Shown here: positions 37,741 to 49,732 of the stretch, piece by piece | Position numbering within the stretch: the first letter of the stretch is position 1 | Layout of the letters: every line of letters starts with the position of its first letter | Notes under the pieces: generated by a model | Database searches by the model: none | What the model saw: the letters and a program-made list of their open reading frames with translations, nothing else | Told to the model about the DNA's origin: nothing | Assembly: GCA_973895155.1 (NCBI GenBank) | Contig: OZ316898.1 | Coordinates: forward strand, 5,877,079-5,941,078 | DNA length: 64,000 nucleotides | DNA from: Marsupella aquatica | Lineage: Eukaryota; Plantae; Marchantiophyta | Reading direction: 5' to 3' | Program-made: the position numbers and the translations under genes

Positions 37741-40149
37741 AGATGTAGGTCTGAATGATGCAAGGCACAGGCTATTCAAATGCAAGTACTGCTTAGAAAT
37801 GTATCGGGATGCTACGCATTCTGAGTAGAGGTAGGAGAAAAATTGTGCCTGTGGGCAGGCCTTCAGCTATAGGGAGCGGATTCACGATGTTTCTCAAATT
37901 TCCATCAGTCTTGGTAGTGAATCCGCTCCCTGTGCTGCTTCCCCATAATACATGTGGTGCATACGTGTTTTTCAAGTGGTAGAGTGGGCAGGCCTTCAGC
38001 TAATTGCTTGGAAGACATGTTGTGGATGCGTTGAAAGTTAATGTGGCTGAGCCTGGGATGCCATAATTCCAGCATGGACACATCACTTTGAGTTTTGCTG
38101 TCACATTGCTTGTTGATGAGTCGATTTGAGAACCACACTGTGAGTTACCGAGTTGCTTGTCAGTAGTCTTGGCTAATGTGAGATTTGCTTTTGAACACAG
38201 TCTAGCATTCCCCTGGAGAGATGTGTCTAGACGATACAGGCTATTGTGTCTATCTCTGGTCACTCTCAAGAAGATCTTGTTTGGATCCTCTCTATCTAGG
38301 ATGTAGCAGTGTTGGGAATTAAATAGGACATTATGACCTTCATCAGTCAGCTGACCTACAGACAATAGATTATGAGTCATACCAGGCACATACAAAACCT
38401 TCTTAACCACTTTATTTCCAATGAATTTAGCATTGCCTCTGCCAGCAATTGGAATTTGTGCACCAGAGGCAGTGGTTACATTGGAGGATGAAGCATAATT
38501 ATGGAGTCATACGGCTACGAGTACTCCTATTTCCAATCACATGTGTGGTGGAGCCTGAGTCAACTAGCCAAGCATGACTAGCTCTAAACTCTGTAAGATT
38601 TACCGCTAAGGCACTATTGTCACGATCAACATCAGACTCATTTTTTCTGGTTCCACAGTTTCTGCTACGTTTGCTTGATGCATTCCCTTCTTAATATTGG
38701 CGTGCTTGACTTGTAAGCCTTTGATTTGGCTCTCGATCTTCTTGAGACATTCTCCTTCCTAGTGGCCAGTGAACCCATAGAAGTTACAAGCTTCTGGCTT
38801 CTTGTGGCTAGAGAGAGGTGAGCTCCTTCCTCATCCACGAACGTTGTTCCCTGGGGTTGTTCCTACCTCTTCCTCTTCCAAAAAACAAGTTTCCTCGGCC
38901 GCTGTTGTTGTGGCTGGTCATTAGTGCTTCTTTAGTGTCCTTGCTCTCTAGAGCCCATTGCATCTCCTCAGCCTCAAGGTGACCAATGAGGTTCGAGAAA
39001 GTAAGAGTTGGAAATTGATGTTGCAGAGTACTGAACGACATAATAAACAACTTCCAGCTATCAGGCAGCCCCTTCAGAGTGGTGCAGATTTCCTTGTCCT
39101 CAATGATGAAATCCATGTCAGCAAGCTGCATTGCCAGATTATCAATGTCTCAAATGTATTCCTCTACACTGCGTCCTTCAAACATATGCACCCTTCGGGG
39201 CACCCTTGACAATTTTTCCCTGAGAATGAGTTGCTTACCTATGCCTACAGATTCAAATCAAGCCTTTATTTAGAGCCATATCTTAGTAGGGTCGTCGATA
39301 TACTTCTTCACGATAGGAAAGATGTGGTCTTTGACTGTCTGTGAAACGATGTAAATGGCCCTCTCCTTCTCCTCAATCTGCGTTGGCATGAGCTACATTG
39401 GTTTCTTCGGGTCAGGGCTGACCAACTCGAATCAGACTTTGTCCTTGCGGAACTGGCGTTCCACTTTGAATGCCCATCCGATAAAGTTCTTGCTGCCATT
39501 GAGTTTGTCCTTGTCTGAATAGACGAGGCCTTTGTCAATGTCGTAGTGAACACTCTGAGTTTTTGGAGACCCATTGCTCTGTGATGTCTACTATGTTGAG
39601 CATAGACGACATTCGCAACGGCAAGCCCATCAACCATCCAACGCACAATAGTCGACACAGAGAGATACGTGGTTCACCTCCACATGAGGCTACGTCCACG
39701 GGAACACACAAGAGCTTTACTGCACTCTAGGCCGATCGGCCATACCAAGCATCCACAACAAAGCTCTCCCTATCTCTCAACTAGCTCCGTAACAATGAGC
39801 CTAAGTTCCACTAGGGTCTGGCATCAGCCCTGGCTATATGCACAACAACACTACCGCTAACATTAGCTAAGTCCTAACCCGAGTTAGACTAATTGTGGTT
39901 AGCTCATGAGTCACAAGACTAGAGCAATATCTAACAAACTCCCCCTTGACTCTGGTCTTGGGGACTGGACTAAATGCTACCATATGGAATCCTCAGCGGG
40001 AAGTTCTAGACAATCACCAAACCAGGTCTCCCCCTAAAAACCACAAGGGTTAACTAAGGGTTAACTAGAACTAAGCCGTAGCCAAACAGGAATGAGTAAT
40101 CCATATACAAATAGTCACACATTGCTAAATAACTGTACTTGCACTACAA

Positions 40150-41939
40150 CTACAAAACCTGCAAAGTAGCACAGTGTCTTGAGAAACTCTCCAAAGGAAT
40201 CATTTTGGTAAAGGCATCAGCGGGATTGAGCTTTCCATCAATCTTGACTAGCTCAAAAGTTTTATCAGACACTGCTTGCCTGATAAAATGGTACCTGATA
40301 TCAATGTGCTTCACCCTGCTATCCATCGCATGGTTAGCAGCCAAGTGAAGAGCACTCTGACTATCACAGTTTAGAGTCATTTTGCCATGCTCTAAACCCA
40401 TCTCTGCGATCAACTTGTCCAACCAAATCGCTTCCTTTGCTGCTTCTGCTGCTGCAACATACTCTACTTCTGTAATAGACTGAGAAATGCACTTCTGCAA
40501 GGTAGATTTCCAACTGATACATCCTCCTCCAAGAGTGTATACAAACCCAGTTGTAGACCTCCTTGTATCCAGACAGCCTCCATAGTCAGAATCTACATAG
40601 CCAACTAACGTTCTATCTGATCTGTTATCAAATAGTAATCCATAGTCCTGTGTTCCCTTCACAAACCTGAGAATTGATTTCACAGCTTCCCAATGTACCT
40701 TCCCTGGATTTGACATGAATCTGCTAATCTTGCCCATCGCTAGGGCCAAGTCAGGCCTAGTACAAGTCATCAAATACATCAGACTGCCTACTGCCTTCTC
40801 ATAAGGAATCTTAGCCATCAGACCTTTCTCCACAGCATCCGTAGGAGAGAAAGCCGATGATGACTTGAAATATGAAGCTAAAAGAATACTCATTGGCTTA
40901 CAGTTTTCCATTTTGAATCGTGCAAGTACTTTCCTCACATACTGGCCTTGACTCAAACACAAGTGTCCAGTATCAGAGTTCCTAAAAATCTTCATCCCTA
41001 AGATTCTCTTGGCCTTACCAAGATCTTTCATCCTGAATTTAGCACTCAATCACGCCTTGAGACTGTCAACCTCAGATTGATCTTTAGCCACAATCAGCAT
41101 GTCATCCAAATAGATCACCAAAATGATGAAACCAAACACATCATTCTTGACTGATTTCGTATACACACAAGGATCATACACCATCCTTGTAAAACCTTGA
41201 GCAAGCATGAAATCATCAAACCGCTTGTTCCACTGTCTGGGAGATTGCTTCAATCCATACAAGGACTTGAGCAATCTGCAAACTAAGTTTTCTTGGCCCT
41301 TCTTCATAAAGCCTAGTGGCTGTCTCATGAAGATCAACTCTTCCAAGTTGCCATAGAGGAAAGCAGTAACAACATCCATCTGATCCATCACCAGACCAAA
41401 AAACACAACAAGCTGACACAAGATCCGAATTGTGGAGTACTTAGCCACCGGTGAAAAGACCTCATTGTAGTCCACTCCTTTCTCCTGAGTGAAACCCTTG
41501 GCAACAAGCCTTGCCTTGTAGATCTTTCTCCACCCTCTGAAGGACTGTCCTTCAACTTGTAAATCCACTTGCTGTCCACCACTTGCTGACTTCTTGGAAG
41601 CTCCACCAGCTTCCATGTCTTGTTATCACTCAAAGATTGCAACTCCCTCTGCATTGTTGCATTCCACTCATGCTTTTGCTCTGAAGCACAAGCTTCACTG
41701 TATGAAGAAGGGTCTCCTTCTTCCAAGATCAAAGCCATGTCATCATCATCAGGTGCAACATCAATATCATCTAGCTTAGATGAGTCTGCCCATTGACCAT
41801 ACCTGGTAGGAGCTCTAGTAGAACAACTGGAAGTTCTTCTAGTAGATGACTCAGGCTGATCTGTTGCTGCTGCTGGTTGAATTTGAGGTACCCCAACAAC
41901 AATATACTCCTCTTGTTCCATCACAAGAACCAGCTCCAA
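40150..41939 (-). pseudogene. Copia reverse transcriptase-RNase H (disrupted)
   Basis: ORF pieces 41388-41939, 41050-41616 and 40150-41049 carry RT/RNase H motifs, separated by a frameshift and an in-frame stop. Confidence 0.9.
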
Positions 41940-42155
41940 TCCCAGAGCTTCTCCATCTCTCCTGTCATGAACGCATCATGACTAATCTCCCCCTCAACTT
42001 GGTCCGGGATGGGAGATTTTCCCTTGTCAGTATGGGAGTCCTGAGAACTCTCCCCCTCCTTTGATGATCTGGATTCATTAAAGGACACATGCACTATCTA
42101 GAATCCAGTCATCACTACCTGGATTTGACACTACGTTGAAAGCATAACCTTGACA

Positions 42156-43013
42156 TCATAATATGTCATCATCATCGAGTAAATCTACCTCATGCGAGCT
42201 CAATGCCGCGTTAGCAGAGGCAGTAGGGACCTTTACTCGACAATCCCTTTTCATGTGGCCAGGCTTGCCACAATTCCAACATGCAAGAGGTTTCCTCTCT
42301 TGCGATTTCCCTCTAGATTTAGATCTTCCCCGTGATGTAGATCTAAACCTGTTCTGTCCATTCGTGCAATGCGCTTGTCTTCCACGGTTCACGTTCAGTG
42401 CAGTGCCAGAAGAAGATGCTGTTTATGATTGACCCAGCTTCTTCTAAGCATCATCAGACAGTAAAGAGCTCACTACCTCATTATACGAAATGGACTTCAG
42501 ATCTCTATACAAGAGCACCTATTTCAAGCCCTAATAAGACGACGGTAAAGAGCTTAGCAGAAGCAATGCCTTATAAGTCTTCAACTCCTTTTCCCACGTT
42601 TGACAGATCCACCGCTAGACTGTCAAACTCATCCAGGTGATCTGCATCTTGCTCCCTTCCTTGAGTCTGAGGCTCATCAAGAGAGACTTCTTGTACAACC
42701 GGTCTGACGCATCTTCCCGGTAGTACTTCTCTCTTAGAGCCTTGAACAGTGACGTGCAATCCGCATAATCATCAAGTTGCTTGATGATGTGCAGCTTGAG
42801 ATATAGCATCATTGCATTGATAGCAATCACCTGCTCCTGTCTCCACTATCTCACAAAAATCTCCTCCTCTCCATCATACTGCTCTCGCGATGAAAGCAGA
42901 TGAGCTAAGCCCATGGCCCGTAGAACACCCTTCACTTGCTTCTCCCACAGCAAGTAATCAGTACGACCATCGTACTTCTCCACCTCAAACTTCACTCCTC
43001 CAAATCTAGCCAT
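42156..43013 (-). pseudogene. Copia gag (disrupted)
   Basis: Runs from MARFGGVKFEVEKYDG to the CCHC zinc knuckle, with several stops and frameshifts. Confidence 0.85.
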
Positions 43014-45442
43014 CTCCCTCTTCTTCCCTACTACTGACAACTCTGGTAGTAGTACAGCTTCCTCCACTGCACGCCGCACCGGTGATCATACCGGTGTTAC
43101 AAGTTCCTCCTCAAAAGGTAGCAGCTCCTCCTCAAACTCTTTGTCTGATCGTCGCCATCCTGAAGCTCCACCGACGCCAATTCTTCCAGTATCCTCCGAG
43201 TCACTCATATGAAACAATCACGAAAAAACGTCTTTTTTCAAAACTTCTCACAAAACTCAAAACTCAACACCGCCGCGTAGCCCACGAAGCTAGGAGTCCA
43301 ATACTAAAAGCCAAAATCAAAATCAAAATTTGACGGAAAAGTTATTCAAATTTTGATCGGGATGGGTAAAACCTTGGGAAACTCCCCCGTTTTGACCACC
43401 TCGGAGAATAACCAAAATACCCAGTACAACCCGTCGTCAGAATCGCGATGTGATCAGTGCGTCGCATTGCTAACTCCAGTGGCAACGCCCTCACCAAAAA
43501 AGAACGAAAAAGGTTACCTTTCGGTGGACGGAATCTTTGTCGGACGGCCAAAAAACAGCTCTCTGTTTTTTTTGGGGAATATTCCCGCACAGTCCAATGG
43601 GTCTCACAGGGGTCTGTTCCCTCTGTCCAAGCGGCTAAAACGGAGGGTCACCGGTCCCAGGATTGCCACTTAAAAGTCCCGGAAAAAACAAAGAAAAGAG
43701 GCTTAAATTAGAGGCATAAAAGGGGTGCAAAGTCCCTAATTTCTAAAAATACGGGTATAAAAAAGGCGCAACCCTAAACCCTACGCGAGGCGGGCCAGGC
43801 ACTGTCGAGGGTCGAGGAGGGGAAAATACACGGCAGAATCGGACGACAACCGTGTATATTCGCAGGGCCGGGCCGGGGGCGAAAATGCGAGCCGCTATAC
43901 GTAGCCGCGTTTAGAGTAAAACTATCAGGCCGGGGAGGGGGAAGTCGCGTCGCGACTTCGCGACTCTAGCAGTTGCCGGAAACACAAGGCAGTGCGCAGG
44001 GGTGAGGCGGGGGTGACCTGGGCAAACTGGAGGGCTTGAGCGGCAGGTCGCGCGCCGGCTGGCGCTACGGGGTCCGCCGAGGCTGCTAGCACGGCTCAGT
44101 ATTCCGAGAGGGAGGAGACGCGGGTATGCGCGGCCGAGGGAAAATGAGCGGGGTCAAGGGGGGGCCGGGTACAAGGTGTGTGTATACACCTCGTATACAC
44201 ACACAAAAGGGCCTTATAAAACCCCTTTAAAGCAAAAACTTTCCCCCTCCAAAAGAAAAGTGAAGAACACACCTTAAATGGTGCTGATTTCAACGAGCAA
44301 AGTGAATGTCGCCAACGGGAAATGTTGCCGAATTGTACCGGCACAATCTGCAGCTCCAGCAGAGAAAAAACCTTCCGCCGTGTCGCCTTCACTCCGCGTC
44401 AAGTGCCAATCCCAGGCTCAAAACGACCGCCTTGCCGCAATCAAACCGTTGAGCCGTGGCACTTTGCGTTTCTTCCACCGAGTCGGACGTCACGAAGAGA
44501 AACCCGGTTCAGATGTGAACAAGCTCCATAGCTTGTGTAAAAACCTGAACGCCTCCGTCACTCGTCATGTCGCACTCGGTAACAACTCGACAGCAACTCA
44601 GCTACCAAAACGACCAGCTCGCTTCAACCTTCAACTTGAGCTATAATGTGTGATCCCTCCCGCACCGCATAGCTCACACCGTTGAAAAATGCGAACTCTG
44701 GTCTCTCCCCCGAAAACCCGTCAAACATGAATAAAACCTGAACGACAAAAACTTCAATTCCTCCGCACAACGGATACCGATCAGCGAGTTCTAACCACCG
44801 TTAGAAAGCCCTTTCACTAACCTATCCGCTCAGCACACACATTCGAGTTTCATACAACGAAACTCCGAATGTACCATCGACAATGAATGCTGAAAAAACC
44901 TGTCACGAAAAAACCTCGTCACCTCCCAGACATGCTTTGATACCACTTGTTGAGCATAGACAACATTCGCAACGGCAAGCCCATCAACCATCCAACGCAC
45001 AATAGTCGACACAGAGAGATACATGGTTCACCTCCACATGAGGCTACGTCCACGGGAACACACAAGAGCTTTACTGCACTCTAGGCCGACCGGCCATACC
45101 AAGTATCCACAGCACAAGCTCTCCCTATCTCTCAACTAGCTCCGTAACAATGAGCCTAAGTTCCACTAGGGTCTGGCATCAGCCCTGACTGTATGCACAA
45201 CAGCACTACTGCTAACATTAGCTAAGTCCTAACCCGAGTTAGACTAATTGTGGTTAGCTCATGAGTCACAAGACTAGAGCAATATGTAACATACTATGTG
45301 CTGCTCGACACGTTCTAAAATGCTGCCTGGGAGCCACTGCTCTGTGGCGTCTGCTGCTAGTTGCCGGCCATCCTGATCACGAACTAGACTGGGAGATTCT
45401 CACCACAATTGTGTGCACAATGACCGTCTTGCTCTCATACCA

Positions 45443-45694
45443 TGAAATTTGTGATAAGCTTTTTTACTTTTACTAAAGCAAATGAGGAATGAACAGTATG
45501 TGGGCCCTTAAGAATCTGTCGGGGCAGGCCAGAGTCCAAGGCATGGCACTAATCGGACCGTAAACAAATCAACCCTAAATCTAATGGTAATACAAATGTA
45601 CACGCCTGGCTAGATAACACCGGGACAAAGGCCAGTATGACGTGGAAGTGGAACACGGTAAGCAGGACCACTGATGAATCAATAATACTCAATA
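45443..45694 (-). repeat. 5' LTR of the outer copia
   Basis: Direct repeat of 36949-37200, bordered by the PBS. Confidence 0.85.
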
Positions 45695-46855
45695 CTGTTG
45701 TGGTTTTCTAAAGCAAAACCAGTCAACTATGAGAGCGATGGATGCAACAAAGATTCATGAAAGATCTCCTCATAGGTCTATGGGGCACCTTGCATGCCAA
45801 AAGCCCTCTCTTTGACGGCACTTAGCACTCATAAATTGTCGAGAAAAACTGAGCAAGCCCAGTCACCTATGAGAGCAATGGATACAGCAAAGATGCATGA
45901 AAGGTGTCCTCGATCATGGGTCTAAGGGGCGTTTTGCATGTCAAGAACTCTTTGTTTTAGGTCCCTCAGCACTCCTAAATTGTCGCGGAAGAGTGATTTT
46001 TGAATCTTTAGAGAATTTGTCACTTTGTTCTGTGTGCACTTTCTCTCTGTTTTACAAGTAATTCTCCACACACCATAAACCCTCTATGTCAGCTCACCAC
46101 TTCAATCCTTGACTCCTTGTGTTGATTCCATCTACTGTTATGCTCCTCTTGACTTAGGTTTTCCAAGCTCCTAAAATCCTTGTCTTACACAGATTAACAT
46201 AATTTGGGACCTTCACATGAGTGTGAAACAAACTTTAAGTCTCTTAGTTTTCCTTTCTCAAAATTAACAGTCGATCAAAACGTCACATTCACAACCAAAC
46301 TCCCCCACTGTAACAACATGCAAACTCACCCACCGTTAAAACATGCAAACAAACCCTATTCAAACCATCTTTGCATCTTGTCACAAACGTTAGAGTATTC
46401 CAAGGGTTTCTTTCAATCTAGCCCTATTTCCAACTTAGCTAAAAAAAAACCAAACAATGTAAACTACTGGTATATAATTTGAAAGACATCCAAATTACTT
46501 TCTTTTACCCTCTTCTTTAATTATTTCAAGTGGTACTCTTCATTATTGCATTGTTTTTAAGGGGTGTAATTGTTTTCCTTTGCTTTGCCTCAAACACAAA
46601 TCATCAGGCTTGGTTCTTCTTTCATAACTAGACTTTCTTGTTTGTGACCAGTTGGATTAATGTGGCTATATGCTCCCAGAAATTCTGGAAGTAGCTTCCA
46701 CGGGTCCTTTCAGGCCTTTAATTGTATTAAATGCTTGTATTGCATTATGACACTATATCCCAATAGCCCATTCATTGAACTTGAATAGAGATGAGATGGA
46801 AAAAAACCTTGACACAAAAAAGAAAAGATTAGATGTTGTTTCCTGTTCATCTTTG

Positions 46856-47188
46856 TGTTGAGTAAAGACAACATTCACAATGACAAACCCATGATCATTC
46901 AATGCACAAGTAATCAAAATAGAGAGATACGTGGTTCACTCAATTGAGGCTACATCCATGGGAACATGAGAGCTTTACTGCACTCTAGACCTGTCAACCA
47001 TACCGGGTCATGCCAATTCTCTTTGTCTCTCAATTGGCTCCGTAACAATGAGCCTGAGTTTCTCCTACAAAGGAAATATCACTTGAGATATAGTGTGCAA
47101 CATGATTAACCTAACCAAGTTTACGATTAAGGTTAACCTTAATTATGGTTGTAGTTGTAACCCTAGACTTAAAAGTAAATGTCTAACA
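46856..47188 (-). mobile_element. Solo LTR related to the inner copia LTR
   Basis: tgttgag...ctaaca termini and a perfect 5-bp TSD ctttg (46851-46855, 47189-47193). It shares agagagatacgtggttcac, gagctttactgcactctag and gctccgtaacaatgagcct with LTR 39594-39936. Confidence 0.85.
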
Positions 47189-48697
47189 CTTTGCCCCATC
47201 TATGTATTTTTTGTGCAACCTCACCCTCCAATTCAGTTATAAAGAGACTATCTAGAGTATTCCTATAGCCATGGAATAAGTTTAGATTGTGCTTAAGTAG
47301 TTACGGACCCCACTAGAGGTCCCTTCCAAAATTCCTGGCACCACAGCGTGCCACGTCAACAACAACCGCAACAAACAAGATTCATCAGTTTTGTGAATCA
47401 AACTTATAGCTTTCATTCGTGTTTGTGTCAATTTGGGTGTAAATTTTGGGACGCCGTGCCGTAAAAATAAAAGTAAAAACATTAGAAATGCAAAGAGCAA
47501 GACGGTTAAAACTGTCACTATGTAACCGTTTTAGTTACATTTCCAATTTTAAAACTTAAATTCAAAGATTTATAAAAAAATATTTTTCATATAATAAATA
47601 ATGACTAATAACTAACTTGATAACTTCCTTGTTAAACCGCAACTCCCGGTATGTAAGGACCTCTCGTATTGTACGGCCATTAACGCTGGCAAGAGCACAT
47701 AGAAACCCACGATCGGGGAGGAGGAATGACTGGAATCTTGAAAGTTCATCGAATTTTATACTCAAAACCATTTACTCATTCTCAAAACAAAAAATACCTA
47801 GTCATAGATCTTCATTGAGATCTTTCTTTTGCACCCTAGATCACCTTCTAACATGGATGAATAAGATTTCTAGAGACATTACAAAATGGACGGCAAAGAT
47901 CATAAAATCAACAAAATTGACGGCGAGGAAGGCTTGGATTTGTTTAATTTTTCATTTGAAAAATATTAACCCATTTGCAAAAAGGACAGAACCCATCCAT
48001 AGATCTATTTGAGATCTTGTTTTTGAGCCATAGATTGGCCATTATGATGGACGGACTAGATTTTCGAAAATAAGAAATGGAGATAGCTCAGATAGACTCT
48101 TCCCCCTGATTTTATTAGCCAAGGGGTCCAGGAACTAATTACCGTAGACACTGCCATGTAAAGTGGACATCACCATATACATACTAATTTTCTTTTACAA
48201 AGTAATTTAACGAGTTGTTTAATAAGCTTTCTACTAAATGGACGCAAGTGGGACTTGTACATCCCTTCGATGCCGACTGCGATTCTCAGCCACCGTCGTC
48301 ACCGTCTCCACCGTCGCCCCTGTGGGCTACGTGCATCAACAGCACTCGTCTGCAAGAAAGCAAAACTGCACTGCACTTCTCTCTGCACTTCTCTCTGCAC
48401 GACCAGACATAAAATTTATGAAGAATACTTTTGGCCGACTTCACGAAAGAAAGACCCGGTCCCTCGAAACGCTTGACGGATCTTAGATCGATCGATGGAG
48501 ATGAATAACAAGATTGTGCATCAGCGGACTTCCGCTTGGAGGACTGCCGTGTCGAGCAGCTGATGTGAGGCGTTTCTTCTCCTCTTCTTTTTCCGGTCCT
48601 CGACGTGGTCGTGAAGTCCGAAAGCATCGAGAGACGCCGTCCCGGTGAGAGATTTTCTCAGTCGCGCACCCAGCGATAGAGAGATTGATAGACTGCC

Positions 48698-49732
48698 ATG
48701 GAGATGATTGCTCCGCGCGTGTTGGTCCTGCTCGCAGCTGTGACGGTGTTGATTTCGATTTCCTTCGATGGCGTTTGTGGTGGGAAATTCAATCAGGCGA
48801 GAGTGGCAGATCTCTTGAGCAGGCAAGCGCAATCGAAGGATGGGGTGATCCGGCTCGACGACGAGTCCCTCAAGCGCTTCGCAATTCCCGTGCCCGAGCC
48901 CCGTCCTTACTCTTTGATCATCTTCTTCGACGCGACGCAGTTGAGAGACAATGCGGAGCTCAAATTGGAGGCACTACGGGGCGAGTATTCCCTCGTTGCG
49001 ACGGCATACACGAAGGCGAACCCCGAAAGCGGGCGAGTGTTCTTCACCGACCTCGAGTTCTCGAAATCGCAGTCGAGTTTTCAGGCGTTCGGCGTGAGCA
49101 CGCTGCCGAACATCAAGCATGTGGCTCCGGGCAATGGCAGCTTGGCAGACGCAGATTCGATGGAGCAGAGCGACATGTTTAGGTTAGCGGACGGGATGGT
49201 GTCATTCGTCGAAGCCAAAACGAGGCAGAAAGTGGGACCGATTGAACGGCCCCCCGCGTTTTCGAAGAAGCAGCTGATCGTCCTAGTCGGAGGGCTTCTT
49301 GTGGCTTCTCCGTTCGTCATCAAGAGAATCATGGCCAAGGACACGATCATGCACGACCCCCGGTTCTGGTGCTTCAATGCTGTGCTGGTTTATTTCTTCA
49401 GCGTGTCAGGGGGCATGCATAACATCATTCGGGGGATGCCATTCTTCACGCAGGATCGTGAACATCCTGGCAAGCTCCAGTTCTTCTATCCTGGCTCGGG
49501 GATGCAGCTCGGGGCCGAGGGATTCGTGGTCGGTTCTCTGTACACCTTGGTTGGTCTTCTACTGGCCTTTGTCACTCATTTACTGTACGAGATCAGGTCG
49601 AAAACTGCTCAGCGTTTTTTCCTCGTTGTAGTAATGGGAATCAGTTTCATCGCGGTCAGAAAGGTGATCACTCTAGATAACTGGAAGACTGGTTATTTCG
49701 TCCACGGGTACTGGCCCAATAGGTGGAGGTAG
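48698..49732 (+). CDS. OST3: Oligosaccharyltransferase subunit 3 (OST3/OST6 family), intronless, 344 aa
   Basis: Signal peptide, thioredoxin-like luminal part (PRPYSLIIFFDA), and the OST3/6 motifs YFFSVSGGMHNIIRGMP, GSGMQLGAEGF and LDNWKTGY, with four C-terminal TM segments. Confidence 0.95.
   Translation: MEMIAPRVLVLLAAVTVLISISFDGVCGGKFNQARVADLLSRQAQSKDGVIRLDDESLKRFAIPVPEPRPYSLIIFFDATQLRDNAELKLEALRGEYSLVATAYTKANPESGRVFFTDLEFSKSQSSFQAFGVSTLPNIKHVAPGNGSLADADSMEQSDMFRLADGMVSFVEAKTRQKVGPIERPPAFSKKQLIVLVGGLLVASPFVIKRIMAKDTIMHDPRFWCFNAVLVYFFSVSGGMHNIIRGMPFFTQDREHPGKLQFFYPGSGMQLGAEGFVVGSLYTLVGLLLAFVTHLLYEIRSKTAQRFFLVVVMGISFIAVRKVITLDNWKTGYFVHGYWPNRWR

Larger units (their letters stand above)
39594..45291 (-). 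mobile_element. Ty1/copia LTR retrotransposon (Tork/Tnt1-like), internally deleted, nested in the outer element
   Basis: TG..CA LTRs at 39594-39936 and 44948-45291, perfect TSD tacta, PBS tggtatcaaag and PPT agggggagtt. It encodes gag (FEVEKYDGRTDYLLW; zinc knuckle CWNCGKPGHMKRDC), RT (YKARLVAKG, QMDVVTAFL, YLDDML) and RNase H (GYVDSDY, KHIDIRYHF), with stops and frameshifts. Confidence 0.93.
36949..45694 (-). mobile_element. Non-autonomous Ty1/copia LTR retrotransposon (outer element of a nest)
   Basis: LTRs at 36949-37200 and 45443-45694 (~250 bp), TSD ctatt/ctgtt, tRNA-Met-type PBS (tggtatgagagc on minus, next to 45443) and PPT (gggagggg on minus, next to 37200). The interior has decayed gag (~39540-38750), protease (WLVDSGSTTHV, ~38570) and GAG-pre-integrase (LWHPRLSHIN..CTTCIMGKQ). 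No integrase core, RT or RNase H was seen. Confidence 0.85.

Noticed and set aside
48698-49732. OST3 as a retrogene, or as unusual for lacking CxxC
   Set aside because: Plant OST3/6 proteins generally lack the CxxC, and there is no poly(A) or TSD evidence for retroposition.
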